Below are positions 1 through 8,375 of a stretch of DNA of 32,000 nucleotides, piece after piece (positions within the stretch are counted from its first letter, which is position 1; each line of letters begins with the position of its first letter). The position numbers were made by a program, and so were the translations under genes. Source of the DNA: Nostoc punctiforme PCC 73102 (GTDB lineage: Bacteria > Cyanobacteriota > Cyanobacteriia > Cyanobacteriales > Nostocaceae); the NCBI RefSeq assembly GCF_000020025.1, contig NC_010628.1, positions 2,130,001-2,162,000 of the forward strand, read 5' to 3'. Below the pieces are notes generated by a model. It was not told the origin of the DNA, searched no databases, and was given only the letters and a program-made list of their open reading frames with translations.

Positions 1-255
1 GTCAACAAAGATACCACCAGCAGAGCCAAACAAAATTGCTGGTATTGTAAAGGACAGCATCAAAGTTGAGTACATAGAGTTCTGTGCCAAGCCAGGAAGC
101 GGTGAATAGTTCTCCAGCAGAGCAATCATCAAAACAAAGAAAACCTTATCTGCTAACTGGGACACCAGTTGCCCAATCCACAGGAGCATAAAACCACGGT
201 TTTTTAGCAGTGCGCCAAACCCGTTATTAACAGCAGCTGGTTCAGTTGGAAACAT
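1..255 (-). CDS. MFS-type transporter, N-terminal part only (gene runs off the window start)
   Basis: Absent from the ORF track because it is truncated by the window edge. The reverse complement from the ATG at 255-253 reads MFPTEPAAVNNGFGALLKNRGFMLLWIGQLVSQLADKVFFVLMIALLENYSPLPGLAQNSMYSTLMLSFTIPAILFGSAGGIFVD and stays open to position 1. The two hydrophobic helices and the LWIGQxxSxxAD start are typical of MFS_1 transporters. Confidence 0.6.
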   Translation of the reverse strand, partial: MFPTEPAAVNNGFGALLKNRGFMLLWIGQLVSQLADKVFFVLMIALLENYSPLPGLAQNSMYSTLMLSFTIPAILFGSAGGIFVD

Positions 256-528
256 TTAGATACTTTCTTTCTTGGGGTAGATGGGGCATGGAGGATGGGG
301 CAAAACAGTTCCGTTAGCGGATAGCTATGGTTTAGCCCGTTTCGAGTTTTGAGTTCTGAGTAAATCTCAGTAAAGAAGTAAGATTCCCCACTCAGCACTC
401 CTGAAGGACATTGGGTATGGGCTATGGGGTATGGGTATAGTTTTTCTTGACTGTCCCCTGTACGCTGTCACCTGTAACCTTTTCCCTTCCCCACTCCTAA
501 CTCCTAACTCATAATTCTCTTGTCCGGA

Positions 529-1149
529 CTAATTTGCTTCATAGCGCTTTAACAGCATAAGCAAAAACTCAGCTGCTGTCAGATAACCTTTGGGTGGAGA
601 AATTTCAATGGATGAATCTACCCACCAGCCTTGTACAGCTTGGGAAGTAGATTCAGAGCGGCTTTTCGTTAGACATCGCCACATAGACAAATGATCGACT
701 GCTGGTTGTGCATAAAAGTTATTTTGCCCACAACCTAGCAAACGGGAACTCCAATGCGTGAAATAATCATGACTCATCCGATGAATAGGAAAATTACCCT
801 GTAGTGGTACTCCCCATCCATCTATAGCAATAAAAGCTTTGACAGTACCACCCAAGAGTTGCCACAAATGCGCTGCCCCTATTGCCCCCACTACGCCAGC
901 ACTAAAGCTAATGAATATAATTGGTGATTTTAAAGAGTCGGTCAAGCGAGCGCGCAAAAACTGCAAAATATGAAATGCTGATAAAACCAAAGCATCTTTA
1001 CCTGGATAAAGCAGTATATTTGCGTAATTAGGTGCGATCGCGCCATTAGAAACTAAATCTAACAATCCTACTCTAAAGCTTTCAGTTAACTCTGGTTCAT
1101 GAATTCCAGGGCAAATAATTATACTCATTTGTCTATTCTGATTGGGCAT
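529..1149 (-). CDS. alpha/beta-hydrolase-fold protein of unknown specificity
   Basis: 206-aa ORF starting at an ATG. It has a nucleophile-elbow-like segment (IFISFSAGVVGAIGAA, an SxSxG variant) after a beta-strand, and later DGWG and HDYF segments. No closer family could be assigned by eye. Confidence 0.5.
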   Translation of the reverse strand: MPNQNRQMSIIICPGIHEPELTESFRVGLLDLVSNGAIAPNYANILLYPGKDALVLSAFHILQFLRARLTDSLKSPIIFISFSAGVVGAIGAAHLWQLLGGTVKAFIAIDGWGVPLQGNFPIHRMSHDYFTHWSSRLLGCGQNNFYAQPAVDHLSMWRCLTKSRSESTSQAVQGWWVDSSIEISPPKGYLTAAEFLLMLLKRYEAN

Positions 1150-1205
1150 TGAAAGATAATTCTACGGTTGGGTTAGGGTTTTTTGATGAAAATTCTAAAT
1201 CACAA

Positions 1206-1275
1206 AGACGCGATAAATCGCCGTCTCTACAATAATCAATCCTTCGTTTTGACGGCGATTTATCACGTCTCTTGG
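1206..1275. repeat. inverted pair of the dispersed hairpin repeat GACGCGATAAATCGCCGTCTCTAC
   Basis: agacgcgataaatcgccgtctctac (1206-1230) faces gacggcgatttatcacgtctc (1251-1271). The same motif recurs at 9493-9518 and 13119-13149. Confidence 0.8.
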
Positions 1276-1504
1276 CTTAACCGAACTGTATAATTTTTCA
1301 TGCCACTTGCCCTGAGCGTCCCGCAGGGAAGGGATGCCCAATGCCCCACGTAAGTTTTGTATGTCTTTTGATGTATTATCTTGATTTACCCACCTATCCT
1401 ATCCCCCTGGATGGGATAATAAGTTACAAGTAAGGAAGGGACATGTGTAAGCTATTCCCTTATTTTATATTTCTCTGCACTCTGGTTATATTGAGGAACT
1501 AATT

Positions 1505-2623
1505 GTGGTTGCCACGCCGGAAAAAGTACAACACACCCACGAGCATCTATCAGGTAAAGACCGTGTAGCCGTACTGCTTATGGGCTACGGCGAAGTCGAA
1601 AGCTACGAAGATTTCGCCAACTATAACGAACAGGCTTTAAATCTACTGACAGCAAAATTCGCACCAGTACCAACCTGGATTTATCCGCCTCTGGCAAAGC
1701 TTTTGGCGCTATTTGACCGCCATGAGTGGGGACACACACACCACGATTTTATTTCCCCACACAATGCCATTTTTGAACAGCAGCGGGCTGGGATTGAGAA
1801 GAATTTACAAGAAAAATGGGGTGATAAGGTTCAAGTTTTCAAGGCTTTTAACTTCTGTGCCCCTTTCTTACCCAATCAAGTCTTGGCAGAAATCAAAAAC
1901 AAAGGCTTCGAGAAACTGCTAATCTACCCTTTGCTAGTTGTTGATTCTATCTTCACCAGTGGGATTGCGATCGAGCAAGTTAACAATGCTCTCGTTGAGT
2001 TGACTGATGGCGAAGAACACTGGGTTAAAGCACAGCGTTACATTCCTTCTTTCTTCAACGAACCAGCTTACATCGATTTGATGGCTCATCTGGTTGAAGA
2101 GAAAATTGCTGAATTAGCAGGAGCTTATCTCCCTTCTCAAATCGGCATTGTATTAATGAATCATGGCTGTCCCCATAAAGCTAAAGGCTTTACTTCTGGG
2201 ATTGCTGAAAGTGAAGCAATGTACGATTTAGTTCGCGATAAGTTGATTAACCGCTATCCGTTAATCTCGGTGGGTTGGCTCAATCATGACACGCCCTTAA
2301 TTGATTGGACACAGCCAAACGCCGAACAAGCAGCAAATAACCTGATTCAGTTGGGTGCAAAAGTGGTAATTTTGATGCCAATTGGCTTTGCCACAGAAAA
2401 CCACGAAACGCTATTGGATGTACACCATATCATCCATGCTTTAGAGAAACAGCATCCTGGTACGAACTACGTGCAAATGGCTTGCGTCAACGATCGCCCA
2501 GAATTTTTGGCAATGGTGGCCCAATGGGCTGACGATCATATTGCAGAGTTGTTGTCAGAGCAACCTTTGGCAGTTAATCCCCAACTCGCGGGAGATCACC
2601 ATCATCACCACCATCATCATTAA
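1505..2623 (+). CDS. ferrochelatase-family (class II chelatase fold) paralogue with a native C-terminal His8 tail
   Basis: 372-aa ORF with a GTG start 8 nt after GAGGAA. The N-terminal LLMGYGEVES and the late PIGFATENHETLLDV segment match the ferrochelatase FxxDHxET signature region. It ends in GDHHHHHHHH*, and has no chlorophyll a/b-binding-type helix like the one on canonical cyanobacterial HemH. Confidence 0.75.
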   Translation: MVATPEKVQHTHEHLSGKDRVAVLLMGYGEVESYEDFANYNEQALNLLTAKFAPVPTWIYPPLAKLLALFDRHEWGHTHHDFISPHNAIFEQQRAGIEKNLQEKWGDKVQVFKAFNFCAPFLPNQVLAEIKNKGFEKLLIYPLLVVDSIFTSGIAIEQVNNALVELTDGEEHWVKAQRYIPSFFNEPAYIDLMAHLVEEKIAELAGAYLPSQIGIVLMNHGCPHKAKGFTSGIAESEAMYDLVRDKLINRYPLISVGWLNHDTPLIDWTQPNAEQAANNLIQLGAKVVILMPIGFATENHETLLDVHHIIHALEKQHPGTNYVQMACVNDRPEFLAMVAQWADDHIAELLSEQPLAVNPQLAGDHHHHHHHH

Positions 2624-2667
2624 GTTTTGAGTTTATCAGGGTGGGTCTAGCTTTGCCCACCCTAGAA

Positions 2668-3213
2668 TTAATTCACGCCTCGCAGCTTGCGAGTATTATC
2701 AACTAAACTCTGAGCAAATTGATCGAATCTTTGAGAAAGCTTTTCATCTACTAGCTTGCCTTCAGGACTGAATGCACCCCAAGCTTGTCCGATCGCAATT
2801 TGTTCTGGAATCACCCAACCATGCACCCATCTGACAATTAGCCGTAGGTCATTTAATGCGTTACTATTTGACTGACCACCCAATACGCTGATTAGTCCTG
2901 TCACTTTATCAGACAGTTGCTCAAAGCTCATCAAATCTAGAGCATTTTTCAGGACACCACTAACCCCACCGTGATACTCAGGTGTGGCTAAAATTAATCC
3001 ATCTGACTGGCTAACAGTATCCTGTAACCGCTTAACATCTGGGTACTCTGGATACTCTTTTGCGCCAGTGCAAAACGGTAACTGCAACTGTCTTAAATCA
3101 AGAATTTCTACCTCTGCACCAAGGGCTTCTACTCTTTGCACTGCTACTTGTAAAGCAAGCTGCGTATAGGAGTTTGGTCTTAAACTACCACCAATACCAA
3201 CAATTCTCACCAT
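2668..3213 (-). CDS. NAD(P)H-dependent FMN reductase (flavodoxin-like fold)
   Basis: 181 aa. MVRIVGIGGSLRPNSYT...ILATPEYHGGVSGVLKNALD is the classic NADPH-dependent FMN reductase (SsuE/ArsH-like) pattern. Confidence 0.8.
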   Translation of the reverse strand: MVRIVGIGGSLRPNSYTQLALQVAVQRVEALGAEVEILDLRQLQLPFCTGAKEYPEYPDVKRLQDTVSQSDGLILATPEYHGGVSGVLKNALDLMSFEQLSDKVTGLISVLGGQSNSNALNDLRLIVRWVHGWVIPEQIAIGQAWGAFSPEGKLVDEKLSQRFDQFAQSLVDNTRKLRGVN

Positions 3214-3543
3214 AATTAACCTACAAACTATTAACTAGCTACTATCACCAGATTTCTTAAAAAGCGGAATCGTTATGACTATGTTTATCTTAGCGATTTG
3301 TGTCGGAATGTGTCAAATTAATATCTGCTGGAAAATTTGAGGATGAAAGAGTTAGGAGTTAGGAGCCAGAATAATTATCCAGGTTGCTCAAATTTATGTA
3401 ATGACCGGAGAAACTTGGGAATGCTTTTGTGTGGAAGTTAGACTAGATAAGAAAAGTGTAATTTCCAGTTATTACAATTTTTGGTAGAAGAATAGGCATA
3501 AAACCATAGCTCAACTTGTGCCGACAGACAAAGGGTAATTATT

Positions 3544-5472
3544 ATGACAAATTTGGGAAAAAAAGCATTGGTAAAAAGGCAGTCATCAAAGCGAGTTGCT
3601 TGGTTTGGTGCGAAGGCGCTGCCCGCCGTAGGCATCGCAGCTAGCTTGATTATGTTACCAGGAATTTTCGGGAGTACCCCCGTCTTGGCACAAAAAGCAG
3701 AGAGTACCTCTAGTAGCTCTAGTACCTCTCTAAACTATGGTGAGTTGATCAAGAAAGCGAAGGCGGGAGAAGTCCAAAAAGTAGAGCTTGACGAAACCGA
3801 ACAGGTAGCAAGAGTTTATCTCAAAGGGCAAAAGGAAAATACGCCACCGCAACAAGTGAGACTTTTAGCGCAAAACACAGAGTTAATTAACATACTCAAA
3901 GATAAAAATGTTGAGTTTGGCGAGATTTCCTCTGCTAACAGTCGAGCTGCTGTTGGGCTGTTGATTAATCTTATGTGGATTTTGCCACTGTTAGCTTTAA
4001 TGCTATTGTTCCTCCGACGCTCTACAAATGCTTCTAGCCAAGCGATGAATTTCGGCAAATCCAAAGCTCGTTTCCAAATGGAAGCCAAAACCGGAGTGAA
4101 ATTTGAAGATGTCGCCGGGGTTGAAGAAGCTAAAGAAGACCTTGAAGAAGTTGTTACTTTCCTGAAACAACCAGAAAGATTTACGGCTGTAGGTGCGCGG
4201 ATTCCCAAAGGAGTGCTGTTAATTGGTCCTCCTGGTACTGGTAAAACTTTACTAGCAAAAGCGATCGCAGGCGAAGCAGGTGTACCATTTTTCAGTATTT
4301 CCGGTTCGGAATTCGTGGAAATGTTCGTTGGTGTGGGTGCATCTCGCGTGCGCGACCTCTTCAAGAAAGCTAAAGAAAATGCCCCATGTCTAATATTTAT
4401 TGATGAAATTGACGCAGTAGGTAGACAACGGGGTGCAGGAATCGGTGGCGGTAATGATGAGCGCGAACAAACCCTCAATCAACTGCTCACCGAAATGGAT
4501 GGTTTTGAAGGCAACACAGGTATTATTATTATTGCTGCCACTAACCGCCCGGATGTCTTAGATGCAGCGTTGCTCAGACCAGGACGCTTTGACAGACAAG
4601 TGATGGTGGATGCACCGGATCTCAAAGGGCGACTGGAAATTTTGAAAGTCCACGCGCGGAATAAGAAAATTGACCCTAGCGTATCATTAGAAGCGATCGC
4701 TCGTCGCACTCCTGGATTTACTGGCGCAGACTTAGCCAACTTGCTCAACGAAGCGGCAATTCTGACTGCTCGGAGACGCAAAGAAGCTGTCACCATTTTA
4801 GAAATTGATGCTGCTGTGGATAGAGTTGTTGCAGGTATGGAAGGTACTGCATTAGTAGACAGCAAGAGCAAACGCTTGATTGCCTATCATGAAGTTGGAC
4901 ACGCTTTAGTAGGCACATTGCTCAAAGACCATGACCCTGTGCAGAAAGTTACATTAATTCCACGGGGACAAGCACTCGGATTAACTTGGTTTACTCCTAA
5001 CGAAGAACAGGGGTTAGTTTCCCGTTCCCAACTTAAATCCCGGATTACTGCTACTTTGGGTGGTCGCGCCGCCGAGGAAATCGTTTTTGGTAAGCCAGAA
5101 GTTACCACAGGTGCAAGCAATGACTTGCAACAGGTGACAGGGATGGCGCGGCAGATGGTGACACGCTTCGGGATGTCAGAATTAGGCCCATTGTCTCTGG
5201 AAAATCAGAGTGGAGAGGTATTTTTAGGACGCGACTGGATGAATAAATCAGACTATTCTGAAGAAATTGCCGCCAAGATTGATTCACAGGTGCGTGAAAT
5301 TGTAAACAACTCTTATATCAAGGCAAAAGAACTGTTGGAAGAAAACCGCATAGTTTTGGAACGTTTAGTAGATTTGTTAATAGAAGAAGAAACAATTGAA
5401 GGCGATTCATTCCGCCAAATCGTTGCTGATAATGCCCAAATAGCTGATGCACAATTAGCTGTACCTCATTAG
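3544..5472 (+). CDS. ftsH: ATP-dependent zinc metalloprotease FtsH
   Basis: 642 aa. Walker A GPPGTGKT, Walker B IIFIDEID, the SRH region, the zinc motif HEVGHA, two N-terminal TM segments and a Ser-rich linker. Confidence 0.95.
   Translation: MTNLGKKALVKRQSSKRVAWFGAKALPAVGIAASLIMLPGIFGSTPVLAQKAESTSSSSSTSLNYGELIKKAKAGEVQKVELDETEQVARVYLKGQKENTPPQQVRLLAQNTELINILKDKNVEFGEISSANSRAAVGLLINLMWILPLLALMLLFLRRSTNASSQAMNFGKSKARFQMEAKTGVKFEDVAGVEEAKEDLEEVVTFLKQPERFTAVGARIPKGVLLIGPPGTGKTLLAKAIAGEAGVPFFSISGSEFVEMFVGVGASRVRDLFKKAKENAPCLIFIDEIDAVGRQRGAGIGGGNDEREQTLNQLLTEMDGFEGNTGIIIIAATNRPDVLDAALLRPGRFDRQVMVDAPDLKGRLEILKVHARNKKIDPSVSLEAIARRTPGFTGADLANLLNEAAILTARRRKEAVTILEIDAAVDRVVAGMEGTALVDSKSKRLIAYHEVGHALVGTLLKDHDPVQKVTLIPRGQALGLTWFTPNEEQGLVSRSQLKSRITATLGGRAAEEIVFGKPEVTTGASNDLQQVTGMARQMVTRFGMSELGPLSLENQSGEVFLGRDWMNKSDYSEEIAAKIDSQVREIVNNSYIKAKELLEENRIVLERLVDLLIEEETIEGDSFRQIVADNAQIADAQLAVPH
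3610..3641 (+). repeat. 32-nt short dispersed repeat embedded in frame in the ftsH coding sequence
   Basis: gcgaaggcgctgcccgccgtaggcatcgcagc matches the minus strand of 7982-8013 at 30 of 32 positions. Here it is translated as [11 protein letters not shown]. Confidence 0.75.
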
Positions 5473-5508
5473 ACATCTGATAAAAAATAATGTAGAGACA
5501 TAGCAGTG

Positions 5509-6609
5509 CTAAGTCTCTACGGGAGCATCCCAGTTTTTATTTAGTGAGCAAAGATTAATCCATTGAGATAAGCTCTGGCGTTGAGCTAAGACTTGAGGAA
5601 CGTTATCAGATTTCCATTGTGCGCCAGAAATTTTGGTTCGACGGTCAATCTGTTTGACAGTAGACTCAATAGTACCAGAACCAATGGAACAGATTTGTTC
5701 TGCTTGATAATATTGGTAATTGACAATCCGGTGTCGATGTTTCTCAAGATAAGTACAGAAATTAAAAGCTTGTTTTAGCTGACAGTCAGCAAAGACAGCG
5801 ATAGCATCATCAACTTTTCCTTGCCAGAGAAGGATTTTAGCCTGATTGAGCCGTTGATTAGAACCGCCAATCTTGTGTAGGTTTTCCATCAGATGAAACC
5901 AATCAAGTACTTCCCGACGCTGGTGTTCGGGAGCAAAATCGCGGACAATATTCCAAATACCGTCATGGCCATCGCCAAGACAGGTCAAGATAGGAGCAAT
6001 TGATTGGCTTTTGACCCAATCAATTACAAGACTATTTTCTTGAAATGAGGCAGCAATAGCTTGTTTTTCATGTAAGCAGGTAGCTTTATAACCCTTCCAA
6101 TCACAGACTTGTCCCTTGATTGTACGAATGCGTATATTTCCTCCATCCACACTCAATTCTTCCACAGTTGATTCTACTTGCGGTAATTCAAAATTTTGAC
6201 GATGCACTAATCGTTGCTGCACACTTTTTGATACTTCTACACCAGTTAAATATTCAATATCTTCTGCCGCACGTTGATACGATACCGACGCGCTGATTCG
6301 TAAGCAACAAGCTTCTAAATATGGACTCAATTGATTATGGGGTCTAATTTCTAGCTTTTGTGCTTGAGAGTTTGTAATTGGCAGTTCTCCAATAATACTT
6401 TTTATTTTTCGTTTGTATCCGCGGCTTTCTCCTGTGGCATTTTCGATAAAAAAACCCTACTTCTGGCATTACATGCTTCCGCATTTGAGAGCGTACTACT
6501 TCTTCTATTTTTGCCAAACTTGTGAGTTGCTCACCCGTAGTACTTTTGTACAGTATCTTTGCTATTGCACGAGAATATTCTTTTATCTGTTGTTCTTCTC
6601 AGGAGTCAT
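5509..6609 (-). pseudogene. DDE transposase (ISKra4-like) split into three reading frames
   Basis: The 273-aa ORF (5509-6330) carries SVDGGNIRIRT, LGDGHDGIWN and HLMENLHK segments. Upstream, my translation gives MTPE.. (ATG at 6609), then EEQQIKEYSRAIAKILYKSTTGEQL..PEVGFF in a second frame. A T7 run (A7 on the + strand, 6448-6454) then leads to IENATGESRGYKRKIKSIIGELPITNSQAQKLEIRPHNQLSPYLE, which is in frame with the long ORF. The ORF stays open through the terminal repeat and stops in flanking DNA. Confidence 0.65.
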
Positions 6610-6737
6610 TGATACACCTAGTCTTGATGACTTTATTATCCCTTCCTGATATCCCCTTACTTCCTGACTTCCGTTTTCTGTAACAATCCTTCCCTGTTAT
6701 TTATTTGTTTTGGAATAATAAAAACTGGGATGCACCC
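5521..6737 (-). mobile_element. ISKra4-like insertion sequence (1217 bp) with terminal inverted repeats and a 9-bp target duplication
   Basis: The left end is GGGAGCATCCCAGTTTTTATT. The reverse complement of the right end is GGGTGCATCCCAGTTTTTATT (20 of 21 match). AGTCTCTAC flanks both sides (5512-5520 and 6738-6746). Confidence 0.75.
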
Positions 6738-6994
6738 AGTCTCTACAATAGTTCTAGAGAACACATAACGTAAATACGTCGTTTCAAATTTTTATTAATC
6801 ATTACTTTGATAGAAAATAGACCCACGGTGTAGGGGCAATACATGAATTGCCTCTACACCATATAATTTTGCGTAAGTCCTAAAATATTTTGGGAATCTT
6901 CTTGTGCAAAAGTAGAAGGCTACCCAATACGGTTCGGATAAGCATTTTTCACTTTTCTTGTGGTCTGGGGAAAGAGAAAGGGATAAAGGCAGGG

Positions 6995-8118
6995 CTATTT
7001 CATTCTAAAAAGCTGCTTGAGTGTGTCTAGTCCAAAAGAACATAAACGTTGAGCTTGTGCCATATTTTCAAACATATTACTGCGATATAAATTAAGTGAA
7101 AAATTGCGAGCAAGCGCAAAAATTTGAGGAAGAGGAGTAGTGCGAATTCTAGATTTATCTTCGCCTTGAGTAACGTCTCGAACATAGTGGACTTTATTCT
7201 CAACACCCCAATATCCTCTGATACGTTCAGCAAAGGCTTGCACCGTTTCGCTTAAAGATGAAATATAATAACGGGTTTCATTAGTTACTTCAATCACATT
7301 GTGTGTGAAAACCTGACGCTCTGATTTGACTTTAATCAAAGTGGTAAGTCCAGGCCAAGGACGAATACCATCGAGATTTTTACAAATACTGACATGACGC
7401 TTTTCGATTCGACCATGCCCTTTATTTATCTGCTCATAAGCCAATTCTGGCGTGAAATTTGTTTTGACATCTTTGAATAAGTTAAGCTGATTGCCTTTTA
7501 AGGCGGCAATATAATCATTCCCACTATTTATAATCAACTCACAAGTTTTTTTTGAGTATTAATAGCATCAAAAGCAAAGATAACCCCATTGAGAGCCAGT
7601 TTGGAAATCAACTCAGGTAAAGCAATAATATCATTAGTTTTGGCATCAACTTGAAATGGCTCTAAAATTAAGCCTCGCTCAACAATATAAGAACTAACTA
7701 ACATAATCGCTGGATGCGAATCCGAGTTAGGGTTATCATTTTCAATCTGATATGAACCCTTGAGGACTTTACCATCTAACCCAACAGTTTCTCCAGTATT
7801 TGGTTGTACATTAAAGAATTTGCTCAGACATACGGAATAATCTTCGTAATCTACGTGTAATAAGGCACGACGTACAGTGCCATAAGATGGTAGTCTATTT
7901 TTTGGCGGTTGAAAAAGTTCAATCCGCGGCTCACGGTAGCTTGAAATCCAGTCTCCAATTGCTAAAAATCCTTTGTTCCCTGCTGCGATGCCTACGGCGG
8001 GCTGCGCCTACGCCAATGTGAAAAGTGCCAAAGATAATGGTAGATTATGTCTCTGTCCGGCGCGGCGACGGGGGTCTTTTAGACCTGCAAAAGCTTTGAT
8101 AATTTCGATTTCAGACAC
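6995..8118 (-). pseudogene. ISAs1-family (H-repeat-type) transposase, inactivated
   Basis: From the GTG at 8118: VSEIEIIKAFAGLKDPRRRAGQRHNLPLSLALFTLA*AQPAVGIAAGNKGFLAIGDWI...DAINTQKK. A frameshift in a homopolymer (T8 on the + strand, 7546-7553) leads into IINSGNDYIAALKGNQ...GHGRIEKR...IRGYWGVENKVHYVRDVTQGEDKSRIRT. The in-frame TAG sits inside an inserted short dispersed repeat. Confidence 0.8.
7982..8013 (-). repeat. 32-nt short dispersed repeat inserted into the ISAs1 transposase gene, supplying a TAG stop
   Basis: The minus strand reads gcgtaggcgcagcccgccgtaggcatcgcagc, a 30 of 32 match to ftsH 3610-3641 in the same reading frame (A*AQPAVGIAA versus [11 protein letters not shown]). Confidence 0.75.
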
Positions 8119-8375
8119 GGTAATAGATGCTTGAAGTAGAACTGGCGCTGCATCTTACCATATCACGTCTACATTTAGAATGAAATAGCCCTGGGGATAA
8201 AGGGTAAAGGATTTATTCAAAACCTTTACCCTTTTCCCTTTCCCCTTTAACCGAACCGTATTGGAAGGCTACCTCAGCATTTCCACAAACTGGTACATAA
8301 AGCCTTACTACTGTCAAGCTTAAGGTATTGTATTATATAGACCCAATCAACGTACTACAAGTGGAAATGGACATT

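Larger units (their letters stand above)
6925..8263 (-). mobile_element. ISAs1-family insertion sequence (1339 bp) with long structured ends and a 10-bp target duplication
   Basis: Outer ends CAATACGGTTCGG (6925-6937) and CCGAACCGTATTG (8251-8263). Inner inverted repeats CAGGGCTATTTCATTCTAAA and TTTAGAATGAAATAGCCCTG, plus G/A-rich GGGGAAAG.GAAA.GGG.TAAAGG blocks on both arms. GAAGGCTACC is duplicated at 6915-6924 and 8264-8273. Confidence 0.8.

Noticed and set aside
2594-2623. His8 run as an engineered affinity tag, which would make this a synthetic construct
   Set aside because: There is no vector or linker sequence, such as a CTCGAG/LE junction, and no T7 or lac elements. The codons are a mixed cac/cat run. 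The gene is embedded among native cyanobacterial repeats with a convergent neighbour 45 nt away. I treat it as natural.
3816-5287. Long minus-strand ORFs (3816-4478, 4479-4871, 4887-5120, 5102-5287) opposite ftsH
   Set aside because: They lie entirely antisense to a strongly supported ftsH CDS. Their translations are low-complexity Ser/Ala/Pro/Arg-rich strings typical of shadow frames. The same reasoning applies to the antisense ORFs inside the monooxygenase, amidohydrolase, AKR, ABC, kinase and topoisomerase genes.
6413-6649. 78-aa plus-strand ORF inside the ISKra4-like element
   Set aside because: It lies antisense to the N-terminal transposase segments, which translate into a coherent ISKra4-type N-terminus on the minus strand.
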